From NCBI GenBank assembly GCA_964558645.1, contig CAZLEV010000017.1:1-58994 (forward strand): a stretch of 58,994 bases of DNA, given 5' to 3'. Both the position numbers and the translations under genes were made by a program. This document shows, piece after piece, positions 39,333 to 48,133 of this stretch; positions within the stretch are counted from its first letter, which is position 1, and every line of letters begins with the position of its first letter. The notes beneath the pieces are model-generated. The model did no database searches, was not told where the DNA came from, and saw nothing but the letters and a program-made list of their open reading frames with translations. The DNA comes from an uncultured archaeon (GTDB lineage: Archaea; Asgardarchaeota; Thorarchaeia; Thorarchaeales; Thorarchaeaceae).

Positions 39333-39623
39333 TCAATAGACCTCTCTCGGAGAATGCTTCAGACGATCTGGAAGTGCCCCTCCATGACCTTCGAAAACGA
39401 GTTCATAACCACGCCCGATTCGGCCCTTGCTGGCGGTCTGAAATCCCGACTTCTGGATTGAGCGTGCGTTTCTCTCAGCAGCTCTTCGCTGTATCATGCT
39501 TGTACCACTTGGTACAACAAGAACCAGCTTCTTCTGTGAGTCATCCACCTTCAGCGTGATATCAGTAGACGGCTGACTAGAGCATTCATGGAATTGGTTA
39601 TCACGATATTCTAGAGTTGTCAT
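39333..39623 (-). CDS. Small 96-aa protein with degenerate gelsolin-like pattern; candidate arcadin-3-like
   Basis: Start re-called at ATG 39623 with purine-rich SD-like sequence; LKVDDSQKKLVLVVPSGTSMIQRRAAERNARSI parallels VIDDATKSIYLWKGTGAGIRKKFIGARVATNL of the 34806 gene. Confidence 0.65.
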   Translation of the reverse strand: MTTLEYRDNQFHECSSQPSTDITLKVDDSQKKLVLVVPSGTSMIQRRAAERNARSIQKSGFQTASKGRIGRGYELVFEGHGGALPDRLKHSPREVY

Positions 39624-39775
39624 CTGGACATTCCCATCCTGAAACCTTCTAGTGTTTCTGTAGCTTGCTAGCATATTAGCATTTGGCCGACGAAGCAAAA
39701 AGAAAAAGAGAGGACAAGAGGTGTTCCCAGCACACCCAGAGCGAGGGGAAACCTCCTGCAACTACTCCAACCAGT

Positions 39776-40051
39776 TTAGCTTGGTGGGGGTGGGGGTGGA
39801 GGAGTGTCGTCCTGCCTGGTGTCAACTGGTCTGGTGACTGAATCCCGCTTCTTGGAAGTGAAGAAGAAGCCAACCAGAATGAAGATGAGGCCCACAATGG
39901 CCACAACTGCTCCGATGATGACCTGATAGTCTTCCACAAACACGTATCCCATGCCTGGAAGCAGTGCAATCACTGCACCAGCAATCACGAGAAGTGCACC
40001 CAAGCAGACAGGTCCGGTTCGAACGTATTCACGCCATGTTAGATAAGACAT
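39776..40051 (-). CDS. Small two-TM membrane protein with C-terminal poly-proline (PPPPPPPS*)
   Basis: Two hydrophobic helices, KKR after TM2, codons cct cca ccc cca ccc cca cca before the stop. Confidence 0.75.
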   Translation of the reverse strand: MSYLTWREYVRTGPVCLGALLVIAGAVIALLPGMGYVFVEDYQVIIGAVVAIVGLIFILVGFFFTSKKRDSVTRPVDTRQDDTPPPPPPPS

Positions 40052-40137
40052 TGTAATTTCTCCTAGTCGCGAAAGCCCAGTGGCTACTCTTTCTAGTCAG
40101 TCTTCTGGATTGATTTAAGATTGTCGGGGGTATATTC

Positions 40138-41013
40138 TCACTCTACTCTGAACGTGACCACACAACCGGTAGAAGATGTGTTCACCATGATGTCAACACC
40201 TGTTAGCTCGCTGACCTTTTTCGCAAGGATCTCGTGATATGCACAGGGGTATCCTGCCGGCAACAAAGTGCCTTCAGGATCAATTCTTCGTGTCAGCTCG
40301 AGAAGATAGCACGAACCTGTTTCGATTGTTTCCCGATCTGTCCCGGTCCTAGGTATCTGACTTTCATAGGAGCAACTCTGGATAAGCTCTGCAAAACCAC
40401 GGATCAGATCTTCTGAACTACCGCCAGCACTCCAGAGCCCGATGAGTGTTTGCGCTGCCTGCTCAAACATTTCCTCTAAGTGTCCCTCTGGCAGATTCGA
40501 GCCGTAGACAGCCATTTCTACAAGCGCTACAGCTCTCCCGTCTGTGCTGCTTTTCCATAGGTTTCGATCCGCAATCTTTTCGAGCGTGGGCACCGCGCCA
40601 AGCTTTGGAAGATCCAGTGCAGTTTCAGGTTCGACGGACTCGGCCATGCCTACAGAGCCAGTATCTGGATGTGCACTGCTTGCCGAGGCCTCCGCAGGAC
40701 CCTCATCATCCCGCACCAAATCTGGAATCTCAAAGTTGGGAGCGACGCCGGACTGCTGATATCTTCGGGCAAACTGCATTAGACGACCAGCGCACATAGC
40801 CACAGCATGACGGCTTAATCCCTCAATCCGCGCATGTCCATAGACTATCCCCACTAGATTATCCAGATTGAGATCGTTCATCGTCTTCTCGGCGATAATC
40901 TTCTTTCCGCGTACTACTCTAGCAGCCCATCGCTCGTTCATCACTCCAGCCTGTGCAGCATAGCTAGTGTTTGTGATGCCAATCAGCGGTGAGATCGGGT
41001 AGAAATCACTCAT
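40138..41013 (-). CDS. Candidate arcadin-2-like N-terminal domain fused to a V4R/MetOD1-like Cys-containing C-terminal domain
   Basis: PISPLIGITNTSYAAQAG...WAARVVRGKK..LSRHAV N-terminus; low-complexity linker; SCYLL...YPCAYHE...TGCVVTF. Confidence 0.6.
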   Translation of the reverse strand: MSDFYPISPLIGITNTSYAAQAGVMNERWAARVVRGKKIIAEKTMNDLNLDNLVGIVYGHARIEGLSRHAVAMCAGRLMQFARRYQQSGVAPNFEIPDLVRDDEGPAEASASSAHPDTGSVGMAESVEPETALDLPKLGAVPTLEKIADRNLWKSSTDGRAVALVEMAVYGSNLPEGHLEEMFEQAAQTLIGLWSAGGSSEDLIRGFAELIQSCSYESQIPRTGTDRETIETGSCYLLELTRRIDPEGTLLPAGYPCAYHEILAKKVSELTGVDIMVNTSSTGCVVTFRVE

Positions 41014-41098
41014 GAATAGACCTCTTGATTCGTCTACTGAACCAGTTGCTCTTTGCTCTGATGATTCAAAAGGGTATCGCGAGTGTAATTAGAAACCT

Positions 41099-43597
41099 TC
41101 AGACTCGGCTACCCATTCTGAGCCTGAGTGTAATGATTGAATGTGCATCAACGGGTATCTCCACCCTGCGATTAGAGTGAGCAAGCTCTCCGATGTCCTT
41201 CTCACACAGATCAACAAGCTTGACCGACTCGATATCTCGATTGAAAATGAGCTCTGACTTCCCGGCTTCACCCTTTGGTTCGTAAAGGCGTACTACGTAT
41301 TCATTCTCTTGTCCCGTCGGTTTGAAACAACTCAACATGAGTTCATTCCCGGTGATTCTAAGCAGGGATCCTTCAAGAACATCGCCGTGCGTATTCTCAT
41401 CCAATGGATAAGCAATCAGAGGTAGACGGTGTTCAGTCGATTTACGCCACACCTCTCCGTTCAACCAGTTGCCATGGTGGGGATAGATGCAATACTTGAA
41501 TCTATGATGTCCATTCTCGCGCGCTGTGGAACTCTCAAGAGTGTCATCGTCGAGTCCCCTAGACAGATAGTCAACACTTCGGAGGAGTGTGAAGACTAGC
41601 TCCCCGTCAGCGAACTGAAACTCGTGGATGCCCGGCGCAGAAATCATAACCCCTCTATCTGGGCCTGAGCAGTCAACCCAGTCGAGTGCAGCAAAAGACT
41701 TCTTGGCATTGGGTCCATTATCCTCCGAGGGGCACATGTCTGTTCCTCGCTTCTCAGCTGCAAACTGAGCACCAACAGTCACTTCCTCGGTGAACACTGA
41801 GAGTGGGAATCTCAGGGAAACGCGTTGGTCTTGCCCCCGGAAGTCGATATCGGTTTCCATATCTATACGATCGATTCCCTCATAGACAATAATCCGTTGC
41901 TGGACAGGACAGCCATGAACTTCTGTATTCACTTCCGCTACCGCGCGCAGTGGCCCGTTTTCAATCATTCGTACCTTGGCACCTGATCGTAGAGAAGTAA
42001 TCACCGATGATTTGCCTGCCAGAGGACTTCGCGAGGATCTATAGAGGTCTCCAACATCAGTCTCAAATGTAAGGCAGTTTGCATTTGAAGTGAGGATTTC
42101 GAACTGATTTCGTTTATCATAGAGCCTCACCAGTGTGCCATTGAAACTGTCGAATTCGACTATCAGGGTGTCTGACTCAATCCAATCCTTTCCCGTACGA
42201 ATGGAAGTCTCATCTGGTGGGGCAGTCTGAGACGGTTTGATGGTGAATACACGAAAACCAAGGCTGGGCACCTCTTCAGCGACGAAGAGAACTTCAGCAT
42301 GATTTACATCCACGTCTTCATCGCCAAGTACCTGGCAGGGAAGAGACAAACCGGAACCATCTTCGACAATGACGTGACCCTCTTTGCTCAGCTCTGGAGA
42401 AAGCGGGACCCGTACAACATCAGTCCTCGACCAAGGAAGGGGATTGAATACCACATAGCTGTCGCCCTCATTAAGCCTGCTGATCCCTGAAGCGGCTTGT
42501 GCAACTGCCTTCTCAAGCAAACCCTGTGCTTTCTCAATCGCCTGGTTATATCGTCTCTTGGCGAAGAGATAGGGCTCGTCTGCGATGGTTCCCCTGATGA
42601 TGTTATGGCCTTGGTTGAACAGAAGAATGCGCCACACGTTTTCTAGTTCAGGATGCCGATCAGTGTCTCCTGCAAGCGACAAGAAGACTTCAACAAGATA
42701 GAGAAGGCCCTCAAGCTCTCGGTTCTTGAGTTTCAGCTTAATCCTAGAACTGAGACTACCTTCATACATGGAGAAGAAGCGCCCGGACATGAGTGGACCA
42801 CTGATTGCAGGCAACTGAGCTTGAACAGCCTTTAGCTTCTCGGTGAATTCCTGCGGTGTAACGATAACCATCTTCATATCGGGGATAGTGTTGTTCCATT
42901 GATTCGTGATATCGTGCAGATGAGGCAGAGGCGGAATGAGTTCGCCCCCCACAGGGACGAATAGATTCTTGGACACAGCGGCAGATTCCATGGTATCAAC
43001 AACATCAAGAAGTCTGGTGAAAGCCTCACGAGTGTTCTCTGAAAGCCAAGACGCACACGAATAGCCTTGAGAGAGCCAGACAGCGTTAACATGACTACCA
43101 TCCGGACCCTTCCATACGAACTCTGAAGGCGCCTGATAGGGCATACCTTTCCAGAAGAAGTAAGAGTCAATACCACATTGCCGAAGGATTTGCGGTAACT
43201 GAGAACAGTGACCGGTAACGTCTATTCCCCAGCCGGTCCTAACATCGATCCCAAAACGCTCACGGAAAAACCCGATTCCATGAAGAAACTGCCGGACCAG
43301 TGACTCGCCATCTGGAATCAACATGTCTGGCATCACGTATGTTCCACCAACAATCTCTATCCTGCCCTCCAGTACTCTTTGCTTCAGTGCATCCCAGTAG
43401 TTAGGAAACAGCCGTTCAAAGCCTTCGAGGAGACTCACTTGATCAAGACAGAACCTGTGGGTTTCTGCAACCTCTAGGTAATCTAGTACGCTCTTGATAT
43501 TCCACGAAGCAATGCTGATGTTATGCTCATAGGTTTGGGTTCGAGAGTTGTCGAAATGCAGAAACGGGCACAGATTGACAATCCAACGGTCGTCCAT
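41099..43597 (-). CDS. Glycoside hydrolase family 38 (alpha-mannosidase-like)
   Basis: HFD, GRIEIVGGTYVMPD, GESLVRQF, GWGIDVTGH..QLPQIL, FVWKGPDGS, VFNPLPWSR, TLLRSV. Confidence 0.9.
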   Translation of the reverse strand: MDDRWIVNLCPFLHFDNSRTQTYEHNISIASWNIKSVLDYLEVAETHRFCLDQVSLLEGFERLFPNYWDALKQRVLEGRIEIVGGTYVMPDMLIPDGESLVRQFLHGIGFFRERFGIDVRTGWGIDVTGHCSQLPQILRQCGIDSYFFWKGMPYQAPSEFVWKGPDGSHVNAVWLSQGYSCASWLSENTREAFTRLLDVVDTMESAAVSKNLFVPVGGELIPPLPHLHDITNQWNNTIPDMKMVIVTPQEFTEKLKAVQAQLPAISGPLMSGRFFSMYEGSLSSRIKLKLKNRELEGLLYLVEVFLSLAGDTDRHPELENVWRILLFNQGHNIIRGTIADEPYLFAKRRYNQAIEKAQGLLEKAVAQAASGISRLNEGDSYVVFNPLPWSRTDVVRVPLSPELSKEGHVIVEDGSGLSLPCQVLGDEDVDVNHAEVLFVAEEVPSLGFRVFTIKPSQTAPPDETSIRTGKDWIESDTLIVEFDSFNGTLVRLYDKRNQFEILTSNANCLTFETDVGDLYRSSRSPLAGKSSVITSLRSGAKVRMIENGPLRAVAEVNTEVHGCPVQQRIIVYEGIDRIDMETDIDFRGQDQRVSLRFPLSVFTEEVTVGAQFAAEKRGTDMCPSEDNGPNAKKSFAALDWVDCSGPDRGVMISAPGIHEFQFADGELVFTLLRSVDYLSRGLDDDTLESSTARENGHHRFKYCIYPHHGNWLNGEVWRKSTEHRLPLIAYPLDENTHGDVLEGSLLRITGNELMLSCFKPTGQENEYVVRLYEPKGEAGKSELIFNRDIESVKLVDLCEKDIGELAHSNRRVEIPVDAHSIITLRLRMGSRV

Positions 43598-43680
43598 TAT
43601 GAGTCACTACACCAGCAAGTATGGTATTTGTTCTGCCCGTAAGTGTCAGTTCATTTATAGGTGTTCTATGCTTGAATCGC

Positions 43681-43720
43681 AAAAAGAAGAGGGAGTGACG
43701 AGTCTATGCATGACTCGTCA
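43681..43720 (-). terminator. Hairpin tgacgagtc/gactcgtca plus ctcttcttttt on the minus strand, downstream of cdc48
   Basis: Perfect 9-bp stem 43696-43720. Confidence 0.65.
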
Positions 43721-43751
43721 TTAGCACGAACCGATGGATACCTGCTCTTGT

Positions 43752-45938
43752 CTAGATGTAACCAGGGATACTCTTAGATCCTTCAGGAGCCCTGCGATAG
43801 ACCCTGTCTTTCTGGTCCTGATATCGCTTGACATCATCCTGAGAGATGCTTGGTCGAACCTCATCCATGGCCTGCCTGAAGTGTTTCATCTCAACTGGTT
43901 TGACAGTCCAGTCATCTCTGACTGCCGCCATGGCCGCTTCTCTGCACAGTCCCTCAATATCAGCACCCGAATAGCCCTCCGTCATTTGACTGAGCTCTTC
44001 GAGGTCAACATCGTCGGCAAGAGGCATGTCACGGGTATGCACCTTGAATATCTCAACCCGAGCCTCTTTGTCAGGAGGAGGCACGAAGACCACATTATCG
44101 AATCGTCCGGGTCTTAGAACTGCAGGGTCAAGTATGTCAGCCCGATTAGTGGCACCGATAACAAGAACATTCTGAAGAGCCTGCATTCCATCCAGCTCTG
44201 CAAGGAACTGGTTGACTATTCGCTTGCTTACACCAGTTTCATCTCGTTGGCTTCTCGAAGCCATCACAGCATCGATTTCGTCGAAGAATAGGACACAGGG
44301 GGCAGTCTGTCTTGCCTTCTTGAATATCTCACGCACTGCCTTTTCAGATTCTCCAACGTATTTGTTGAAGATTTCAGGGCCGCGAATCGAGATGAAGTTG
44401 GCCTCGCTCTCCGTCGCGACAGCCTTGGCCAATAGGGTCTTGCCAGTACCTGGTGGACCGAACAGCAGAACGCCCTTTGGTGCTCGAATCCCCATATCCT
44501 TGAAGACATCCGGATGATTCAGCGGGGCTTCAACAGCCTCTCGGAGTTGCATCTTCACTTTCTCCAGGCCGCCAACATCACTCCAGCGCACGTTTGGTTT
44601 CTCAACAAGCACTTCTCTCAGTGCTGATGGCGAAACCTCTGCCAGAGCAGCATCAAAGTCACTCTGAGTCACATAGAGGTCATTCAAGATATCCGCGGGG
44701 ATATCACCGGTTTCAGGATCAACATGCGGGAGCGCCCGTCTCAGCGCCTGCATTGCAGCCTCTCTTGCAAGAGATGCGAGGTCTGCACCAACAAAACCAT
44801 GAGTGGTCGCAGCAAGACGTTCGAGATCAAGGTCTTCCTCCAGCGGCATAGAACGAGTATGGATCTGAAGAATCTCAAGTCGGCCCTGCTTGTCCGGAAC
44901 ACCGATTACAATCTCCCGGTCGAATCGCCCAGGTCGCCTGAGTGCTTCATCAACATCATCAACTCTGTTGGTAGCACCTATGACTATGACTTGCCCCCGT
45001 CCAGCTAAGCCGTCCATCAGCGATAGGAGCTGAGCAACTACTCTTCGCTCAACCTCTCCTGATACTTCGGCTCGCTTTGGAGCAATGCTATCCAATTCGT
45101 CGATGAAGATGATGCTGGGCGCGTTCTTCTCTGCCTCTTCAAAGACCTCTCTCAGTTTCCCTTCTGACTCACCATAGAACTTGGACATGATCTCTGGGCC
45201 ATTTATCAGCCGAAACGTAGCACCAGACTCGTTGGCGACAGCCTTCGCAATCAGTGTCTTGCCAGTTCCCGGTGGACCGTGAAGCAATACACCCTTAGGA
45301 GGTGTGATACCCAGCCTCCTGAATAGCTCGGGCGACTTCATGGGTAGCTCGACCATCTCACGAATCTTCGTGAGTTCCTTACCAAGGCCACCAATGTCTT
45401 CGTATGTCACTTGAGGAACTGTGACATCTTCGGGCTTGGCGGGCTTTGTCAATACCTCTAACTCAGTGCCTGCCACGACCCGAACATGCTTTCCGGGAGC
45501 GGCCGCCGTGACCGTGAATTGCAGTCCCTGACCTATTGAGGAAATGATCACAATATCTCCACGTGTCACAGGCCTATTCAGAATCTGCTGCTTCACATAG
45601 TTCGCAAAACCAGACTCGAATCTTACAGGTTGACTGGGAGCGAGTACAACTCGGCTCGCTTCAGGGATAGTCACAGCTGATACTTCAACCATCTCACCTA
45701 GTTTGACACCGGCATTGGCTCTTATCAAGCCGTCCATCCGTATCATGTCAAGTACTTCATCTTCCTTCAGACTAGGCCAGCATATCGCAACTGTTTCTTT
45801 TGATCCTTTCAGGAGTACATAATCACCAGAGCGCACTCCAAGTTTGTTTCGTACTTGGGAATTCAGTCGAACTATACCTCGACCTTGGTCTTTCGGCATC
45901 GCAGCTGCGGCTTTCAGTCTTACACTGTCGTCTGCCAT
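43752..45938 (-). CDS. cdc48: CDC48/VCP/VAT-family AAA+ ATPase
   Basis: N-domain DQGRGIVRL; two AAA modules ([35 protein letters not shown]); HbYX-like GYI end. Confidence 0.97.
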   Translation of the reverse strand: MADDSVRLKAAAAMPKDQGRGIVRLNSQVRNKLGVRSGDYVLLKGSKETVAICWPSLKEDEVLDMIRMDGLIRANAGVKLGEMVEVSAVTIPEASRVVLAPSQPVRFESGFANYVKQQILNRPVTRGDIVIISSIGQGLQFTVTAAAPGKHVRVVAGTELEVLTKPAKPEDVTVPQVTYEDIGGLGKELTKIREMVELPMKSPELFRRLGITPPKGVLLHGPPGTGKTLIAKAVANESGATFRLINGPEIMSKFYGESEGKLREVFEEAEKNAPSIIFIDELDSIAPKRAEVSGEVERRVVAQLLSLMDGLAGRGQVIVIGATNRVDDVDEALRRPGRFDREIVIGVPDKQGRLEILQIHTRSMPLEEDLDLERLAATTHGFVGADLASLAREAAMQALRRALPHVDPETGDIPADILNDLYVTQSDFDAALAEVSPSALREVLVEKPNVRWSDVGGLEKVKMQLREAVEAPLNHPDVFKDMGIRAPKGVLLFGPPGTGKTLLAKAVATESEANFISIRGPEIFNKYVGESEKAVREIFKKARQTAPCVLFFDEIDAVMASRSQRDETGVSKRIVNQFLAELDGMQALQNVLVIGATNRADILDPAVLRPGRFDNVVFVPPPDKEARVEIFKVHTRDMPLADDVDLEELSQMTEGYSGADIEGLCREAAMAAVRDDWTVKPVEMKHFRQAMDEVRPSISQDDVKRYQDQKDRVYRRAPEGSKSIPGYI

Positions 45939-45959
45939 CCTACTCTCGCACCTTCTCCT

Positions 45960-46394
45960 CTATTTTCCTCTCAATTCTACTTCTCTGAAGTCAGAACTAG
46001 TATCTTCGTTGTCGGCCTTAACCAGTTCAAGCTCAACTATGCCATGGTTGAATGACATTGAAGACTTCTCACTGTCAATCGGATATGGTAGTTCTTCAAC
46101 CAAGTCGTTGTGCTGGCGGCTATTGAATTCGAGCTTCAACTGCCTTCCCTCAATCTCAGCGACGGGTTCCAGATTGTTAGTGAGCCCATCAACTACGATA
46201 ATAATCCTATCATCTAGTTCTATCTTCTCTACACGAAGGTCCTCTTCCCGCGATTCACTGACAGATTCATTGTCGGTTCGCGAGATTCTGAATCTCATTC
46301 TTGCTTCATTTGGACCCATTGGTATCGTCTTGCCGAAAATCTCTTCTAGCATTCGGCGCATCATCTTATCGAAATCATCGTCTATCATTATCAT
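45960..46394 (-). CDS. Hsp20/alpha-crystallin-like small heat shock protein
   Basis: FDKMMRRMLEEIFG N-terminus, ELPYPID..KSSMSFNHGIVELEL; directly upstream of cdc48. Confidence 0.8.
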   Translation of the reverse strand: MIMIDDDFDKMMRRMLEEIFGKTIPMGPNEARMRFRISRTDNESVSESREEDLRVEKIELDDRIIIVVDGLTNNLEPVAEIEGRQLKLEFNSRQHNDLVEELPYPIDSEKSSMSFNHGIVELELVKADNEDTSSDFREVELRGK

Positions 46395-46408
46395 TGGTCC
46401 TCGTATTG

Positions 46409-46519
46409 GGAAGCCCCAGGGCGGACATAGCCGCCCTTTGAGTCACATTGTGTGCGGGCTTCCGTGCTTGTTAGCTATCGCCCCTATCACTAGGGACTAG
46501 TTAGTCACTAGTATAGCTA
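46409..46519 (-). promoter_or_regulatory. Structured leader and CTAG-repeat motif upstream of hsp20-cdc48
   Basis: Stems ggaagccc/gggcttcc, agggcgg/ccgccct, caca/tgtg; GACTAGTTAGTCACTAG at 46495-46511; TATA-like element at about 46532-46538. Confidence 0.5.
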
Positions 46520-46559
46520 CCGACCTTCAACATATAAGCCTTTGGAAGAGTGAACTGAC

Positions 46560-47960
46560 TTATGAATCCGTTTCAATAGCCACACCCTCTTTTCTCAGGA
46601 TATCTCTCGCAACAAGCACTCCTGAAACAGATGCCTGCATCAACCCTCTGGTGATTCCAGCACCGTCTCCTGCACCATAGAAGTTCCTCACCTGTGTTTC
46701 GAGAGAGGGTTTCACTCTCAGACGGGAGCTATAGAATTTGACCTCGATTCCGTAGAGAAGCGTACCCATGTCTGCAACTCCTGGGCAGAGCCTATCAAGA
46801 GCATCGAGCATCTCCATAATCGAACTAAGATGACGGTATGGCAGGGCGAAACTGATGTCTCCAGGACAGGCGCTGGGTAGAGTAGGTTTGATGGGAGAAC
46901 GCTTTATGCGGTCCTCTGTGCTCCTCTTGCCCCGCCTGAGATCGGCAAGACGCTGGATTAGTACACCATCTCCCAACATGTTTGCCAGTCGGGCGACATG
47001 CTGTCCGTATGATATTGGATGCTTGAATGGTGCCGTGAAACGTGTGGAAACAAGCAAGGCGAAATTAGTATTCGGCGTCTTCTTGTTTGCAAAGGACTGA
47101 CCATTCACTGTGAGAATCTCATCATAATACTCGCTTGTTACGACCCCACCCGGATTGAAACAGAACAAGCGTACTTTGTCATCGAACTGCTTCGAGTAGT
47201 AGACAAGCTTGGGTTCGTAAAGAGATTCCGCGATGTCTTCCATTACTGGAGCCGGAATCTCAACCCTGACACCAATGTCAACGAAGTTGCTTTCGGTGTC
47301 CAGACCGAGACGGTTGGCTTGGCGAGACAGCCATTGATTGCCCACACGCCCAGGGGCAGCTACGACATACTTAGCAGCTAGATAGTCGCCGCCATTGGTT
47401 TCGAGACCCTCAACGGCCTCTCCATTCACGCGGATGTCTTTTGCTTCTGTGTTGAATCTGATATCGACTTTCTCATCTATGGCCTGATGCATTCGTCCCA
47501 TTACTTCAATACAGCCCTCACGGCCCATATGGCGAACCCTCTGAGGAATGAGCTCTAGTCCAACTTTGGCAGCCTTACGAGACCAGGCTTCTATCTCATC
47601 GGGATTATCGCCGTACATCTCCTCAGGAGCACCATACTCAAGATAATGAGAGTCCACGTAGTCAATCATCTCCGAGAGTCGGACATCGCCAATGATGTCG
47701 TTGAGCCAACCGCCTACTCGGGTTGAAATGGTCAGCTTACCATCAGAGAAGGCGCCAGCACCACCCCATCCTGCAAGAATATGGCAAGGATTGCATTTCT
47801 TGCAGCCTCGAGCACGGGTTGAATTGGGGCAGGTTCTGCGATCGATTGGATTGCCTTTCTCAATCATCACAATTCGAAGATCAGGTTTGTATTGCAGAAG
47901 CTCTAGGGCACAGAATATGCCAGCGGGTCCGCTGCCGACAATAGCTACATCGTAGTCCAA
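46560..47960 (-). CDS. FAD-dependent oxidoreductase (COG2509-like)
   Basis: IVGSGPAG, C..C.PC, GWGGAGAFSDGKL, VDIGVRVE, EVKFYS, GDGAGITRGL. Confidence 0.92.
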   Translation of the reverse strand: MDYDVAIVGSGPAGIFCALELLQYKPDLRIVMIEKGNPIDRRTCPNSTRARGCKKCNPCHILAGWGGAGAFSDGKLTISTRVGGWLNDIIGDVRLSEMIDYVDSHYLEYGAPEEMYGDNPDEIEAWSRKAAKVGLELIPQRVRHMGREGCIEVMGRMHQAIDEKVDIRFNTEAKDIRVNGEAVEGLETNGGDYLAAKYVVAAPGRVGNQWLSRQANRLGLDTESNFVDIGVRVEIPAPVMEDIAESLYEPKLVYYSKQFDDKVRLFCFNPGGVVTSEYYDEILTVNGQSFANKKTPNTNFALLVSTRFTAPFKHPISYGQHVARLANMLGDGVLIQRLADLRRGKRSTEDRIKRSPIKPTLPSACPGDISFALPYRHLSSIMEMLDALDRLCPGVADMGTLLYGIEVKFYSSRLRVKPSLETQVRNFYGAGDGAGITRGLMQASVSGVLVARDILRKEGVAIETDS

Positions 47961-48133
47961 TCAGTTTCTCTCCTCTAAGAGGGTCAGAAAACGCGACTGA
48001 GCATCAGAGCCCGCAACTTAAGCCTTTGCCTCTGTATCGTATCCTCCCATGTATTACTGCAGGAAGAGGAGTCATAGCGATATAGCCAAAAGAGGATAAG
48101 AGCAGAAGGACAAAGACCACGGGTGCATAGAGA

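Noticed and set aside
39624-39761. N-terminal extension of the 142-aa ORF
   Set aside because: Runs through a terminator-like pyrimidine tract; better start at 39623
45844-46500. 218-aa plus-strand ORF
   Set aside because: Antisense shadow of hsp20/cdc48, Ser/Leu-rich
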